This document shows, piece after piece, positions 21,647-33,721 of a stretch of DNA of 64,000 nt (position 1 is its first letter; every line of letters starts with the position of its first letter). The DNA comes from Clarias gariepinus (Eukaryota): NCBI RefSeq assembly GCF_024256425.1, contig NC_071110.1:2444274-2508273 (forward strand), read 5' to 3'. The notes under the pieces were generated by a model. It ran no database searches, was not told the DNA's origin, and worked only from the letters and a program-made list of their open reading frames with translations. The position numbers and the translations under genes were made by a program.

Positions 21647-21746
21647 TTTTCATTTTGATGACCACGTGTTGTGTATTGAGGGAAACGGCGAAGACGGCAT
21701 GTGGCTGGTGGTGGAAAAGGATGACATTCCTGTACTGGCATACTTG
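21647..21746 (+). CDS. WD40-repeat gene exon
   Basis: Acceptor tctcag| and donor tacttg|gtgagt. Encodes ...HVLCIEGNGEDGMWLVVEKDDIPVLAYL. Confidence 0.55.
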
Positions 21747-21768
21747 GTGAGTTTAGACACACATGCGT

Positions 21769-21814
<46 letters not shown>

Positions 21815-21849
21815 ACAGAATATGACTTGTAATACTCATACAGTGACTT

Positions 21850-23326
21850 GCAAAAGTATTCATACCTTTTAAAAAATTTCCACATTTTCTCACATTACAA
21901 CTACAAATATAAATGTATTTTATTTGGATTTTAGGTGAAAGACAAACACAAAGTAGGACATAATTATGAAATGGAAGGAAAATAATATATGATTTTTTTA
22001 AATAAACATTTTTACTTTTTACAAATAAATATCTGAAAAGTGTGGTGTCCAGATTTTTGCCCATTCTTCTGTGCAGAATAACACAAGCTCAATTGGATTT
22101 AGGTCTGGATTTTGACTGGGCCATTCTAACACCTGAATATGCCTTGATCTACAAACCCGATTCCAAAAAGTTGGGACACTGTACAAATTGTGAATAAAAA
22201 CAGAATGCAATGATGTGAAAGTTTCAAATTTAAATATTTTATTTCGAATACAACATAGATGACATATCAAATGTTTAAACTAAGAAAATGTATAATTTTA
22301 AGGAAAAAATAAGTTGATTTTAAATTTCATGGCATCAACACATCTCAAAAAAGTTGGGACAAGGCCATGTTTACCACTGTCTGGAATCCAAACTTCTTTT
22401 TATAACAGGCTGCAAACATGATGTTGTAATTGATGCAGTACTGTATGTGGTCTGGCGTTTTCATGTTGGAAAATGCAAGGCCTTCCCTGGAAGAGACGAC
22501 GTCTGGATGAGAGCATATGTCGTTCTAGAACTTGGATATACCTTTCAGCATTGATGGTGCCTTTCCAGATGTGTAAGCTGCCCATGCCACACGCACTCAT
22601 GCAGCCCCGTACCATCAGAGATGCAGGCTTCTGAACTGAGCGCTGGTAACAACTTGGGTTTGCCTTGTCCTCTTTAGTCTGGATGACATGGCGTCCCAGT
22701 TTCTCAAAAAGAACTTTAAATTTTGATTCGTCTGACCACAGAAGAGTTTTCCACTTTTCCACAGTCCATTTTAAATAAGCCTTGGCCCAGAGAAAACACC
22801 TGCACTTCTGGATCATGTTTAAATGTGTTTTTTTTTTTATTAAAAAAAAATTTACCTATAGAGTTTTAGCCGGCAATGGCGAATGGCACGGTGGATTGTG
22901 TTCACCGACAATGTTTTCTGGAAGTATCCCTGAGCCCATGTTGTAATTTCCATTACAGTAGCATTCCCTTATGTGATGTAGTGCCGTCTAAGGGCCCGAA
23001 GATCACGGGCATAACTGTGCTTTGAAGTTCTCCACAACTTCCCTGACTTGTCTGGCCTGTGTTCCTTGGGCTTCATAATGCTGTTTGTTCACTAATCGTC
23101 TCTCAAAAACCTCTGAGAAAAAAACCTATCTACTAATTGGGTGACTTCTAAATTCTGCAAACCATTCATCATTTTACTTCCACTACATAATTCTGTGCCG
23201 CTTTGTGTTGGTCTTTCACATAAAATCCCAATAAAATACATTTACGTTTGTAGTTGTAACATGACAAAATGTTGAAACATTTAAGGGGTATAAAACATTT
23301 GCAAGGTACTACAGTATAAGCATATG
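21850..23326 (-). mobile_element. Degraded Tc1-like transposon (transposase pseudogene)
   Basis: Ends tacagtgacttgcaaaagtattcatacc (21850-) and the reverse complement of tactgtagtaccttgcaaatgttttatacc (to about 23326). Minus-strand ORF fragments carry Tc1 transposase motifs: WSDESKFKVLF..., HIQVLEWPSQNPDLNPIE. Frameshifted. Confidence 0.7.
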
Positions 23327-23382
23327 ACTCCTAATTCTGGTTCTCATTCAAGATTAAGACTTATTTATCATTGTATTTGCAG

Positions 23383-24066
23383 CATCCTCGTTACAAAGGA
23401 AAAAAAGGGGAACAAGGAAGAAAAAGAAAAAGAAAAGGAAAACAAAAAAGAAAAGAAGCTGAAGGGGGGCTGTTGTTGGAAGCAAATGTAAGCCTGAAAT
23501 CAGGTATCGATCAGACGCAGACGGAGGAGGGGAAGAAAGACCATCATCATCAGGAGGAGGAGGAAGAAATGCAGGAGGGAGAGGAGGAGCAAGATCATCA
23601 TCATAAGGATAAAGACACGGAGGATGAATCGGGGAAGGAGCAAAACCATGATCATCAGGAGGAGGAGGAAATGCAAGAGGAGGAGGAGGAGCAAGAACAT
23701 CATCAGAAGGAGGAGGAGGAAGAAATGCAGGAGGGAGAGGAGGAGCAAGATCATCATCATAAGGATAAAGACACGGAGGATGAATCGGGGAAGGAGCAAA
23801 ACCATGATCATCAGGAGGAGGAAGAAATGCATGAGGAGGAGGAGCAAAATCATCATCAGGAGGAGGGGGAAGAAAGGCAGGAGGTAGAGGAAGAGCAAGA
23901 CTCTCGTCAGGTGGAGGAAGACCATCATCCAGAAGAGGAAGACGATCATCAGGAGGGGGAAGAAATGCAAGAGGACGAGGAGGAGGACGAGCAAGATCCT
24001 CATAAGGAGGAGGAGAAACGTAAAAACAGGAAGTACAGGATCACGGCTGCTGCTTTACATGAAGGT
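23383..24066 (+). other. Purine-rich tandem repeat (about 3 units of about 180 bp) encoding an E/Q/H/D-rich low-complexity frame; candidate cassette exon of the WD40 gene or an intronic minisatellite
   Basis: The open frame of ORF 23371-24099 shows repeating ...HQEEEEEMQEGEEEQDHHHKDKDTEDESGKEQNHD... The segment is bounded by acceptor-like tttgcag| at 23382/3 and donor-like gaag|gtgtgt at 24066/7. Its length is 684 nt, a multiple of 3. Confidence 0.35.
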
Positions 24067-24148
24067 GTGTTAACTTCACACACTTTAGAGCAGCCATAAG
24101 GTTATTTTTGTTTAAAAGTTATTTTAATCATTTTTTATGTAATTTGTG

Positions 24149-24182
<34 letters not shown>

Positions 24183-24579
24183 TTGCTTAGGTGAATGCAT
24201 CAGTTTGTGATTTATTTTTATTAACATTTCCATGCTGTTAGTTCATTGATAAATAAATAAATGTAAGTAAATAAAGAAATAAAACAATACTTTATTAATC
24301 TAGTAAAATATACACCGCATTACAATGAAACCTTGGATTGCGAGTAACACTTTTTAAAAAGATTTTTAATACATTTTGACTAGGTAAACGAACATGTCTT
24401 GGTTCGCGAGTACCGAGTATCATGTATCACACTGGTATAATCAACATCCATGCGCGTGTACTGTTTACTATAACACTGTGACCACGTGTGCGTGCATAAA
24501 ACATATTTTAGTTTGTGTGTGAAGGTGCATGATTTTAAGTACTTAGGGTCAACGGTCCAGAGCAAAAAAAAACAAACAA

Positions 24580-24767
24580 CCATTTACATATTTGTCAGAG
24601 GCTCTTATCCAGAGCGACTTACATTTTTATCTCATTATACATGAGGGTTAAGGGCTGCGCTCAAGGGCCCAACAGTGGCAACTTGGTGGTTGTGGGGTTT
24701 AAACCTGGGATCTTCCGAACCGTAGTCCAATGCCTTAACCACTAAGCTACCTCTGGCCAATTAGAGA
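24580..24767 (-). mobile_element. tRNA-derived SINE (young copy)
   Basis: Near-identical to 19410-19602. Confidence 0.8.
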
Positions 24768-25922
24768 GAGAGAGCAAAAACTTTAAGAGTGGACAAATCA
24801 AAAGTCTGATATGTTCTTAGAAAGAATTAATGAACCGGTGAACTCAGCAACATCCATAGGTCAGGAAGAGCACAAAAGACAACTAAAAGTGATGATCACA
24901 GAATTATTTCTTTGGTATAAAAAAAAAACCTCATTCACAACATCTAGCCAAGTCAAGAACACTCTGCTGGTAATTGATGATGTGACTGCAGATAAAAGTA
25001 TCAGGGTGAATTCTGAAATGTATAAAGCTCTACCCTCTACTCAGATTCCCAACAAACATAGTGAAAGCACCCCAAGGGTCAAAAATGGAATGGAATGGTG
25101 TAAAAGAGCAGAGTCATTCACCTGACCTCAACCGACTTGAGCATACTTTTTAGATACTTTACTGAAGACAGAAATGAAGGAAGAAAGACTGACAAACAAA
25201 CAGTACCTGAATGGCCTGGCAAAGAATCTCAATGGAGCAAAATGCATATGGTAATGTCCATGGGTTCCAGACTTCAGGCGGTCATTGGCTACAAAGCTTT
25301 TGCTTTCAAGTATACATTTTAATTCAATTTTAGTGGTAGAGCACATTGAACAATTGACATGGTCACAACGCAGCTTTACCAGAATAAAAATCCTAGATAC
25401 AGTATAAATTATTATTATTTTTTTATCTCTATTGAGAAAGTCAGAGGTAAGGTAACTGATCAGAAACAAACAAGAACATCACTGCAGAGTGAAAGGAACT
25501 AAAGATCCTGTTGCCAAGGCAGGAAGGACCCTTTAAACATTTTAAATATTATAAACAAAATAAACAGGTGAAAGATGCAGCCGTTGGTGAGTCACATGCG
25601 GAGCTCAAACCATGGCAGAGTAAAGTTAACTTTATTATCATACTGCTTATTGAAATGATGAAGAGAACATTTTTACTGCAACATCAGACTTTGGTATGTG
25701 AAAAATATACCAATGTTCTACAATGTGCAAACACGTTGTAGAAACTTTATTAATAAACAAACATTTTAAGTGAAATGAATAATGTGCGTGTGTGTGTGTG
25801 TGTGTGTGTATTAAGGTCAGGGTTTGTCTTGCACCCTACCTTTATTCCACCATGAACACACACTCGTTGTGTCAGTACACACACAATGACACATTCTCTG
25901 TATTTTATTGTTTTATCCACAG

Positions 25923-26003
25923 ATCTGGTTGTATGTGGAAATTCAAAGGGTCACATGTGGTTTAATGAGACGCCGACCCTGAGCTCCTGGACTCCGAGGA
26001 GAC
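25923..26003 (+). CDS. WD40-repeat gene exon
   Basis: Acceptor tccacag| and donor gagac|gtgtgag. Encodes ...SGCM WKFKGSHVV..., which reads weakly. Low confidence on the frame. Confidence 0.4.
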
Positions 26004-26337
26004 GTGTGAGTCTGACGCTCATCTACGTTGAGAACCTTTTCATATTTTAGCCTTTCTTTAAAGTTTTATTTAACAAACAGCTTCATTTACTTTTAATCAT
26101 TTAACACACTCCCTGCTGCTGTTTTAGGAGTTAATATTTATGATATTTATAAAACACCTACGATGGAGACTCTTTTATTTAATAAAAAGTTGTGATTTAC
26201 ACTACTGTCAGAGCTGCAGGTTTAGATTTAAATCATCGTTGTCTGATGAATAAGTGGACTGTGGTGTAAATATAGAGAGTGGAGGAGTTTAAAGTTCCTA
26301 AATCTACACTGAAGTAAATGTGATGTGAATGCTGCAG

Positions 26338-26440
26338 GTGCACAGTGACAGGATCAGTGTGCTGCGTCTGACGGAGAGCATCATCATCTCAGCCTCGTAC
26401 GACAGGACCATCAAACTGTGGGACAGGAAGACTAAGAAAC

Positions 26441-26441
<1 letters not shown>
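26338..26441 (+). CDS. WD40-repeat gene exon
   Basis: Acceptor tgcag| and donor aaacag|gtgtgt. Encodes VHSDRISVLRLTESIIISASYDRTIKLWDRKTKKQ. Confidence 0.7.
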
Positions 26442-26482
<41 letters not shown>

Positions 26483-26546
26483 CTGTGGTATAGTAATGTG
26501 ATAGTAATTGTTTAGTGTGTGCTTAATCTCTCTCTCTCTCTCCCAG

Positions 26547-26666
26547 CTTGGCCTGTTTGTGTGTGACGCTCCAGTCGAGGTTCTGCAGGTGAACCCGAAT
26601 GACCCGAGTCAGATCGTGTGTGGAGACGCACTGGGGCAAATCTACTTCCTGTCCTGGAAGGGCTAA
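26547..26666 (+). CDS. WD40-repeat gene terminal coding exon (ends in TAA)
   Basis: A (CT)n run precedes the acceptor tcccag|. Encodes LGLFVCDAPVEVLQVNPNDPSQIVCGDALGQIYFLSWKG* (stop at 26664-26666). Confidence 0.7.
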   Translation, partial: LGLFVCDAPVEVLQVNPNDPSQIVCGDALGQIYFLSWKG

Positions 26667-29662
26667 TTAACATCCTCACACTGCACACACCATCAGTTTA
26701 ACACTCAACATGCTCTGATTTTGTCACTTTATCACTTTGTACAAGTGCAATTTGGTACAAAACAGAAATGTTTACACACTACACACTTGCACTTAACTTT
26801 ATGTTGTGCTTACTTTTATGCACTTACCTAGATGTAGTATATGTGAGGGGACAAATAAATTAAAGACCAGGGAAAGAAGCGTTTGTTTGTGAATGTTAGA
26901 GAATTTTAAAGGTGTTTTCTTTTAAGATTGTAACTGCAAAATAAAATTTACTTAAGGCCTTCACGTTTAAAAATAATAATAATAAATTGGGATTAAAGAT
27001 TTAAACTGATGTTGACTTGTGACAAAATTATTTAATCCAATTCAGTTTAAAAGTATTTGTGAAAGAATTAAAAAAGTTTAACCCTTTGTGCATGTATGGA
27101 TTTGTTAAGGCTGATTTTCTGTTTGATTTTCATGGTTTATCAGGGTTCATAGAGATCTGTTTGTTTAAATCTAGAGATCGGGCTGCTTTAAGTCTGGAGA
27201 TTTCTTTCACTTTGGTTAATAAAATTCTTCCTTGAAGGTATAGATCTCTCTGAAGCCAAAAATGGAATTGTTTTCTGTACTTTGCCTGTAATCGGGTTTG
27301 AAAAAATAAAAGAGCATCTGCTGTCATGATTGTTTGTTTATAAGTGTTTGAATCTTTATCCAGTGATATTAGAAATAAATGGAACATTACAGCTCTTTAG
27401 TGAAAGGAGCTCACATTTACTGAAAGCCCAGCGGCACTGGAGAATGTTTCGATTGTATTAACAGCATCTGAGACCCAAGAGGCATCCTTTAAGAATGAGG
27501 TGATATCATCAGCCAGCTCAAAAATAACGATTTCTTCTTCTGCTTTTGTGATAACTTACAAGGGGTTAAGTAAAGAAATCACACAGTAACTGAGCACAAA
27601 TCAGGAATAAGTACAGAGAGACAAGACAACCCTCTCTGACTGATCTAAATTAAATCTATGAAAGGTGCCAGAACACAATTGAATAGAACAAAAAAGGGAA
27701 ATTAAATCTAGACATCTCCGAATTGCAAAATCTCCTGTGTTGGACACTTTGTAGAAATAAAAAAAAAATAAAATAAAAAAAAACCTCAGCATAGTCAGTA
27801 GAAATGTCTACATGGGTAATGTTGCTTCAATCTGACTTAAATAATTTCATTTAATTGTTTACAAGGATACTGATCTAATAATGTGGTTACATACTCAAAG
27901 CATTTAATTAGAAAAACTTTCTTTGTCGTGTGATTCTGCCTGCTGTAAAGCATTTAATCTCCCGGGCATAGAAGAAGAGGAAAAGGAGGGCAAGAGTTGA
28001 TTTCAAGTCCACCATATAGGAATAAAACCAAAATTTCCCTCACGGAAACTTGCCACATCACCTGCCCCCAAGTGGGGCAGCTTTAGTGATGGGGAGTTTG
28101 GATCATTTAAGTGACTCGGTTCTTCGAATCTTGTTCATCGAAACGAATCATTTAGTTCGTTTCATTCTTTTGATCAGAAATAAAATAAAATGTCACATTT
28201 TCGAAAAACAGACCCCCAAGACGTATACAGTAGATACACAAACTTGGGCTATAGTTCCAGTAATTAAAATATTTTAGTGCAGCTAAAAACATATTATGAT
28301 AAAATGTAAGATTTACTTTGTGATAGAGTTTTATTTTAAAGGAAGAAATCTGATTTTCCACAATATACACTACAGTGGTCCATTACTGGAATGCAGACTG
28401 TTGATTCATGTTGTAATGCTACAGCCTTATTTCTGACTCTTATAAAACATCGACACTGTAAAGCTATATTAGAATTAAGATTATAAACACTTTATTTTGA
28501 TAGGCTATTTTTAAAGCAACATGGTAGGAAATTTAATGTTATTTAAAAATGTATTTGCTGCACTTCTAAACCTTACAGTCACAATGAAATTATACTTTTT
28601 TGCTTTAATTAATTATTGGCATGAATTAGTGACTAAGCACCTAAAAATAGAAATTGTGTAATGGCTGATTTAATTTAAAAGCTTAATTAAAGGTTGATGA
28701 AAAAAATCTTTATAGAATTATAAAGTGTCATGATGCATCAGGATGACTGACTTATCTTAATAAAATGTTTTATTGTGATTATTTTTTACAAAATACAATG
28801 GATTCAATTGCATGCAGCAGCACAGGAAGATTAAGTTCCATTGTATGCATTGCAGTTTTAATGTTTCTTTAAAAAACAAAGATAAATCAGAATATTTGAG
28901 ACATTGTACACTATTTTTTAATCAGTATAAAAATGAAATCTTACAACCGATTTAAAATTTTACTAAGCACTTTTACTGACATTTAATTAATAATAAGAAT
29001 TATATAATGATGATGATGATCTTTGCCTGTGTGTATATTTTGGTACACAAGTGTCATTGTAGCTTTTTCCATTGTAGAAAAAAAAACATTGACTGTACTG
29101 GTACTTCCAGTAAAATGTGCATTGTGAAGTTTAATAAACATAATATTTAATCATTAAAACATTTAGCAATATAGTAACAACTAGATAAAATACTGACAGA
29201 CTCTTAACAGAGTCAAAACACAAACTACAAAACAACTTTTACTACTGGTTTAAAAACCCATGTAAGACCCAGTACAGGTTATTTTACACAGTCATGAGTT
29301 CTCTGAAATCTTAAAAGTGAAATGAGCCCATCCACTGTGCGATACGAGTTTCTATTTGCAAGATACACGGCGTTGAATCCAATGAGAGGTGCCAATGTAG
29401 ATGAGACCAACTAGCTTTGACTGGTATCAATTTGAGCCTACAGTAGGTGGCTTGGGTATAACATTGCTATCTTTTGGGATAATAATGAAAAAATCTCAAA
29501 GTAAATACAGATGGAGCCACGCCAAATAGCCGCGACCGTGTGACTGGCGTATGGCTGCCCTATGCACGCCGTAATCCCCCCTCCTTTTCCTTCGAGAAAG
29601 GCGTGTCAAGATTTCACAGTAAACACGCCCATTCAAGCCCTATTTATGCATTTACCTGGTTC

Positions 29663-29676
29663 CACCACTAGATGGC
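29663..29676 (+). promoter_or_regulatory. CTCF-consensus-like motif (ccactagatggcgc) within a GC-richer island
   Basis: Matches CCASYAGRKGGCRS at all 14 positions. It sits in a CpG-containing segment (29520-29830) that ends in a strong splice-donor context (cgcag|gtaagt at about 29826). Confidence 0.3.
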
Positions 29677-30381
29677 GCTTCGTTCTCAAGGACACAACAC
29701 AAGCCAGCAATTTAGCTGCGCTGAGTTGCAATCACGTGATTTTAACAACCCGCCCCCACCCCCACCGAACTGACGCTGCCAAACTGCACTAGAGATGAAG
29801 ATGGCGGATTAATGGACTATTCGCAGTAAGTGGTGTTTTAATTTATAAAATTTGTTTGGGATTAGTTTACAGTTTATTTCCCAGTTTAGTTTTTTATCGG
29901 CCGTTTTGAAAATCACTGGCAGCACCAGCAGCGGTCAGATGTAACTTTAGATAACTTAATGATCTGTTTACCAAGTCTGGAGTTAACATTACAGCTTACT
30001 GTCAGTGTCACAAACTCACAATGTCACTCCTCTTTAACTAAAAAAGACACTAAAGCTTCGAAAATACTATTTTTGTCCCTATTACAAAAGCTGCACTACC
30101 GGATGAAGAGTGTTTGTGCTCTATAAAAATGCCTTTAGAGTCTGACCGCGTGTTGTCTGGATAAATTCAGCATTTATTTATTCTTTGGGTAAGAGTTAAT
30201 CTGCAGGTTATATCTGTGAATATAATGTGATGCAGTTCATGAAGGACACAAGCTGAGGATAGATGTACAGGAGCTCGCGAGCTAAACGCTTATAACCGGG
30301 TTTATATTTTTCTCAATTTGGCCGTGACCGCGCTTAGTTACCGAGCTGGATAAAAACTCTGAAGTGTTTATCAGTTAAGGG

Positions 30382-31750
30382 CAGTGTTGCCAACTCGTCA
30401 GTAAGGAAAGTAGCTATTGGCTGTCGTTGAAGTCGCTAGAAGTCGCTAGATGACGTCATCACGTAATTTGCATAATGCAATTCTGTCATATGGCTTTCAT
30501 AAAGTTACGTGACACTTATTTGAAGCTTGAAATATGGTAAGAATGTGTATTTGTATCTGACAAACCCATTTGTAACATTTCGACTTTTATCTCATAACAT
30601 TGAGTTTATTCTTGTAGATTTACATTTTTTTTTTAACGTGGCACTAAAGCTCCATCGTACCGTCGTAGTTTTTATACATAGATATATAAATATATTGTAG
30701 CGTTTTTACGCCAGAAAGGATGGTGGAGAGACGAGTGAGCTTATTTGCTACCCAATGCAATGGCTGGGAGTACTTTATTAAGCACACAGCATGTAAGGCA
30801 TGAGCAGCACCTTCACTCAGGAGCCTACATCCAATTCACCACTAGCTTGAACTGGAACACATTTCACACGTCACACACCCCTCACACAAACAGGGCCGAA
30901 GCCACCAACCCAAACACCTTTCCCCAACATGGTGAACACACACCGACATCCCCGCAAGGCATGCTGGTCGTCAGCCGCCGCCCCGCCCACGCCACAATAT
31001 ATTACTATATATATCACCATTTTTTTTTTATATTTAGCAGATGTTTTTATCCAAAGGGACTTATAAATGAGGAGATTTTAAAGGAATTAAAATCAACAAA
31101 AGAGCAAAGACATGCAAATGCTATGCCATGTCTCAGTTAGCTTATACACAGTGCATTTAGCAAATGCTGATGATAGAATAGAAAAAGAATAATACATGCT
31201 TATGGTATGGCCTCTGTTTTTTATTTTTTTTTAAATATATATAATAGCCTAAATAAAAAAACAGGAAAGCTAGTGTTATTAGTTTAGTTTTTTTAATGTC
31301 ACAATTCCTACCCTCCTCCTTTACCCGGGCTTGGGACCTGGCAAAAGTGACCCAAATGAGACACTTTGGCGGAGTATTTTTTTTGTTGTTGTTTGTTTGT
31401 TTTTCTGTTGTGTTTTTTTTTTGCTTGTTTTTTTATCTTTATAATCTTATAATCCACTTAGAACCTTGAAACATGAACAGTTTAACCATAACATTGTAAC
31501 ATTTTTTAAATACCATCTACATTATCAATTTAACAGAGTAGTCCAAATTTTTTTGTTTTTTCCAGACCCTCCTCAACACTAACGCTAGTTAACACTAGTT
31601 AACACTGGGGGGGGGGGGGGGGACTCCTGCGAGAGGACAGGCCTGTCTGTGAGTGCTTTGGGACGGGAGTCGCTTTTTTAAAAAATTGTCGCTAGAGGGA
31701 TTTGAAAAGTCGCTAAATATAGCGACAAAGTCGCTAAGTTGGCAACACTG
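30382..31750. mobile_element. Non-autonomous hAT-superfamily DNA transposon (1369 bp) with 14-bp terminal inverted repeats and perfect 8-bp target-site duplications
   Basis: Left terminus cagtgttgccaact... Right terminus ...agttggcaacactg. Flanked on both sides by gttaaggg (30374-30381 and 31751-31758). Subterminal gtcgcta-type repeats at both ends. The internal ORF is short and non-coding-like. Confidence 0.85.
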
Positions 31751-33721
31751 GTTAAGGGGGAGGTGTGTGTGGGGAGGGGAGGTGTGTGTGGGGGGAGGTG
31801 TGGGGGGCTTCAGTACTCGGGAAGTTATAGTTTGGCTTCAGAGATGAACTAATATATACGAGTGTTATATCGCTTAACTTATTTGTATGAAAAGCGCGTT
31901 AAGTAAATTCTCGGTTAATTTAATGCAGACGATAATACAGACAGACCGGGATTAACACTAACAAAGTTTAATGATTAAAGTTAGCCCAGTTTATTTACAT
32001 TCCAGAATTCCCCAAAACAATATTTTACACACTCTGTGGTGTAGGTTTACTAATATCTTTTATATTTATTACAACTAGATATTCTGTAAAGTTTATTTAT
32101 CTCTGTCTTCACTAAATTCTCCTGTTTTCTTTAATCAGAGCTCTGCTGTGGAGGATTGAGGGGTCAGACGGGTGACGGTTGGCCTTTTGGAGCTACTGGA
32201 GGAGCCTGAACAAGCTGTTGAGGGAGCTGTAGAAGGGATGACGTCACAGCTTTAGAATGATGTTTGGTCAGGTCTACTGTATATTCTGAACATAGAATTG
32301 CAAAACGTCTGATACTTTAGGGGGGAAACAAAGAATTAAACAGTTCCATCTTTAATATTTTTTAAAAATGATATTTTAATATAAAAGAACCAGATAGAGA
32401 CTGATAAGCAGCTGGTGTTATCCAGGTATTTTAATGACATTTAGGCAAAAATTAAACATGTTTTCACCTGTTTAATACAAATTATTGTTTTACCTTTTAC
32501 TAGTTTTGGAAGAATAAATTTTATTTTTATAGTCATGTGTGCGTGTTTTAATTGTTGGGGGATTGTTTGTGTATTTAAAAATACATTTACTTAAACCAAC
32601 AACTTCAATGTGCAAAAAATGGAACCCGACGTTGTTTTAAATAGTCAAAGAGTTGGGCTAATAATAATAATAATAATTATTATTATTATTATATAACACT
32701 TGATCATATGTATCTGTGCTAGTTTGTGTTTGTGATTATGTGACCCATAATCATTTTTTTCTCAGTATAAATTTTTTTGGGGGGTTTTAAGAACTCCATC
32801 AAAAGAGCAAAGACAAACTTAGAAGGAGTGGAAGGTAAGAAACCTCAGTGGAGAATACTGACTATGACATGGTGCTAATTGCTCTGTGTGTGTGTGTGTG
32901 TGTGTGTGTGTTTTTGGCGGGGGGAGGGGTACTTCAGACTTACTTGTCTGTGCCCAAATGTTTGTGTTAAAGCAACGGAGAAATGCAGGAGCGCGCGCAC
33001 ACACACACACACACACCTCTCATCCACAAACGCTTTAACTGTTGTCTTGTAAATCGTTGATTAAACATATGAACACAGCTGTTCAGCATCAGTCCTAAAC
33101 ACAAGCGCAGGGTCTGTTTTTGTCCTTAATTAAAATATACCAATATGTTAAAAATTTACACAATGATAACATGTTTATGTTTATTGTTTATTTTGCGGAA
33201 AAAGGTAATAAGCTATATTTAAAATAAAACAAACCAGGAAGTGAGTGTTTCATACATTAAAGTGCTGTGTATAACTAAGTGCCCCAACAGACATAGCAAC
33301 AGTGTAGAGAGTGTGTGCGCTGTGGGGGATTGGAAGGTGAACGAAGATAATCATTTACAAGACAAAAGACGTTCAGAGGTGTGTAGATCCCCCCCGCCCC
33401 CCCATTACGCAAAAGCCGCCGCCCCTTTTTCATTCTAACGCGTTAGCGAGTGTTTTTCTTTCCCTCCGCTCGGTTTTGTGAACACAGTCGCGTTCAGTGA
33501 CACAATGGAACCAATTACCTAAACAGCAGCAACAACAACCATTATGATCACACTTTGTTGAATTTATATTGCTTAAATATTTCACAGCTGTGTCCTCTTT
33601 GCATTGCTACGTGTTTATTTACTTCCTTTTCGCATCGCACGTATAATGCACTCTAAAATCGACACTATCAAACTTGGAAACGATATAACATCCAATCAAA
33701 CATCACGTTATTAAAATTAAC

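Noticed and set aside
23500-24003. 167-aa minus-strand ORF (poly-Leu) and + strand ORF 23624-23887 (R/K-rich)
   Set aside because: These are alternative-frame artefacts of the purine-rich tandem repeat. Only the E/H-rich sense frame is even a candidate.
5422-26666. Naming the WD40 gene as TEP1, NWD1 or APAF1
   Set aside because: The number of WD exons and the teleost context make a TEP1/NWD-like protein plausible. However, I cannot match specific diagnostic residues (the C-terminus does not match APAF1), so no gene symbol is given.
29790-29826. Mini-ORF atggactattcgcag as a first coding exon
   Set aside because: Splicing to the next candidate exon (32139-) gives an immediate stop (MDYSQSSAVED*). 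It is kept only as a possible non-coding 5' exon.
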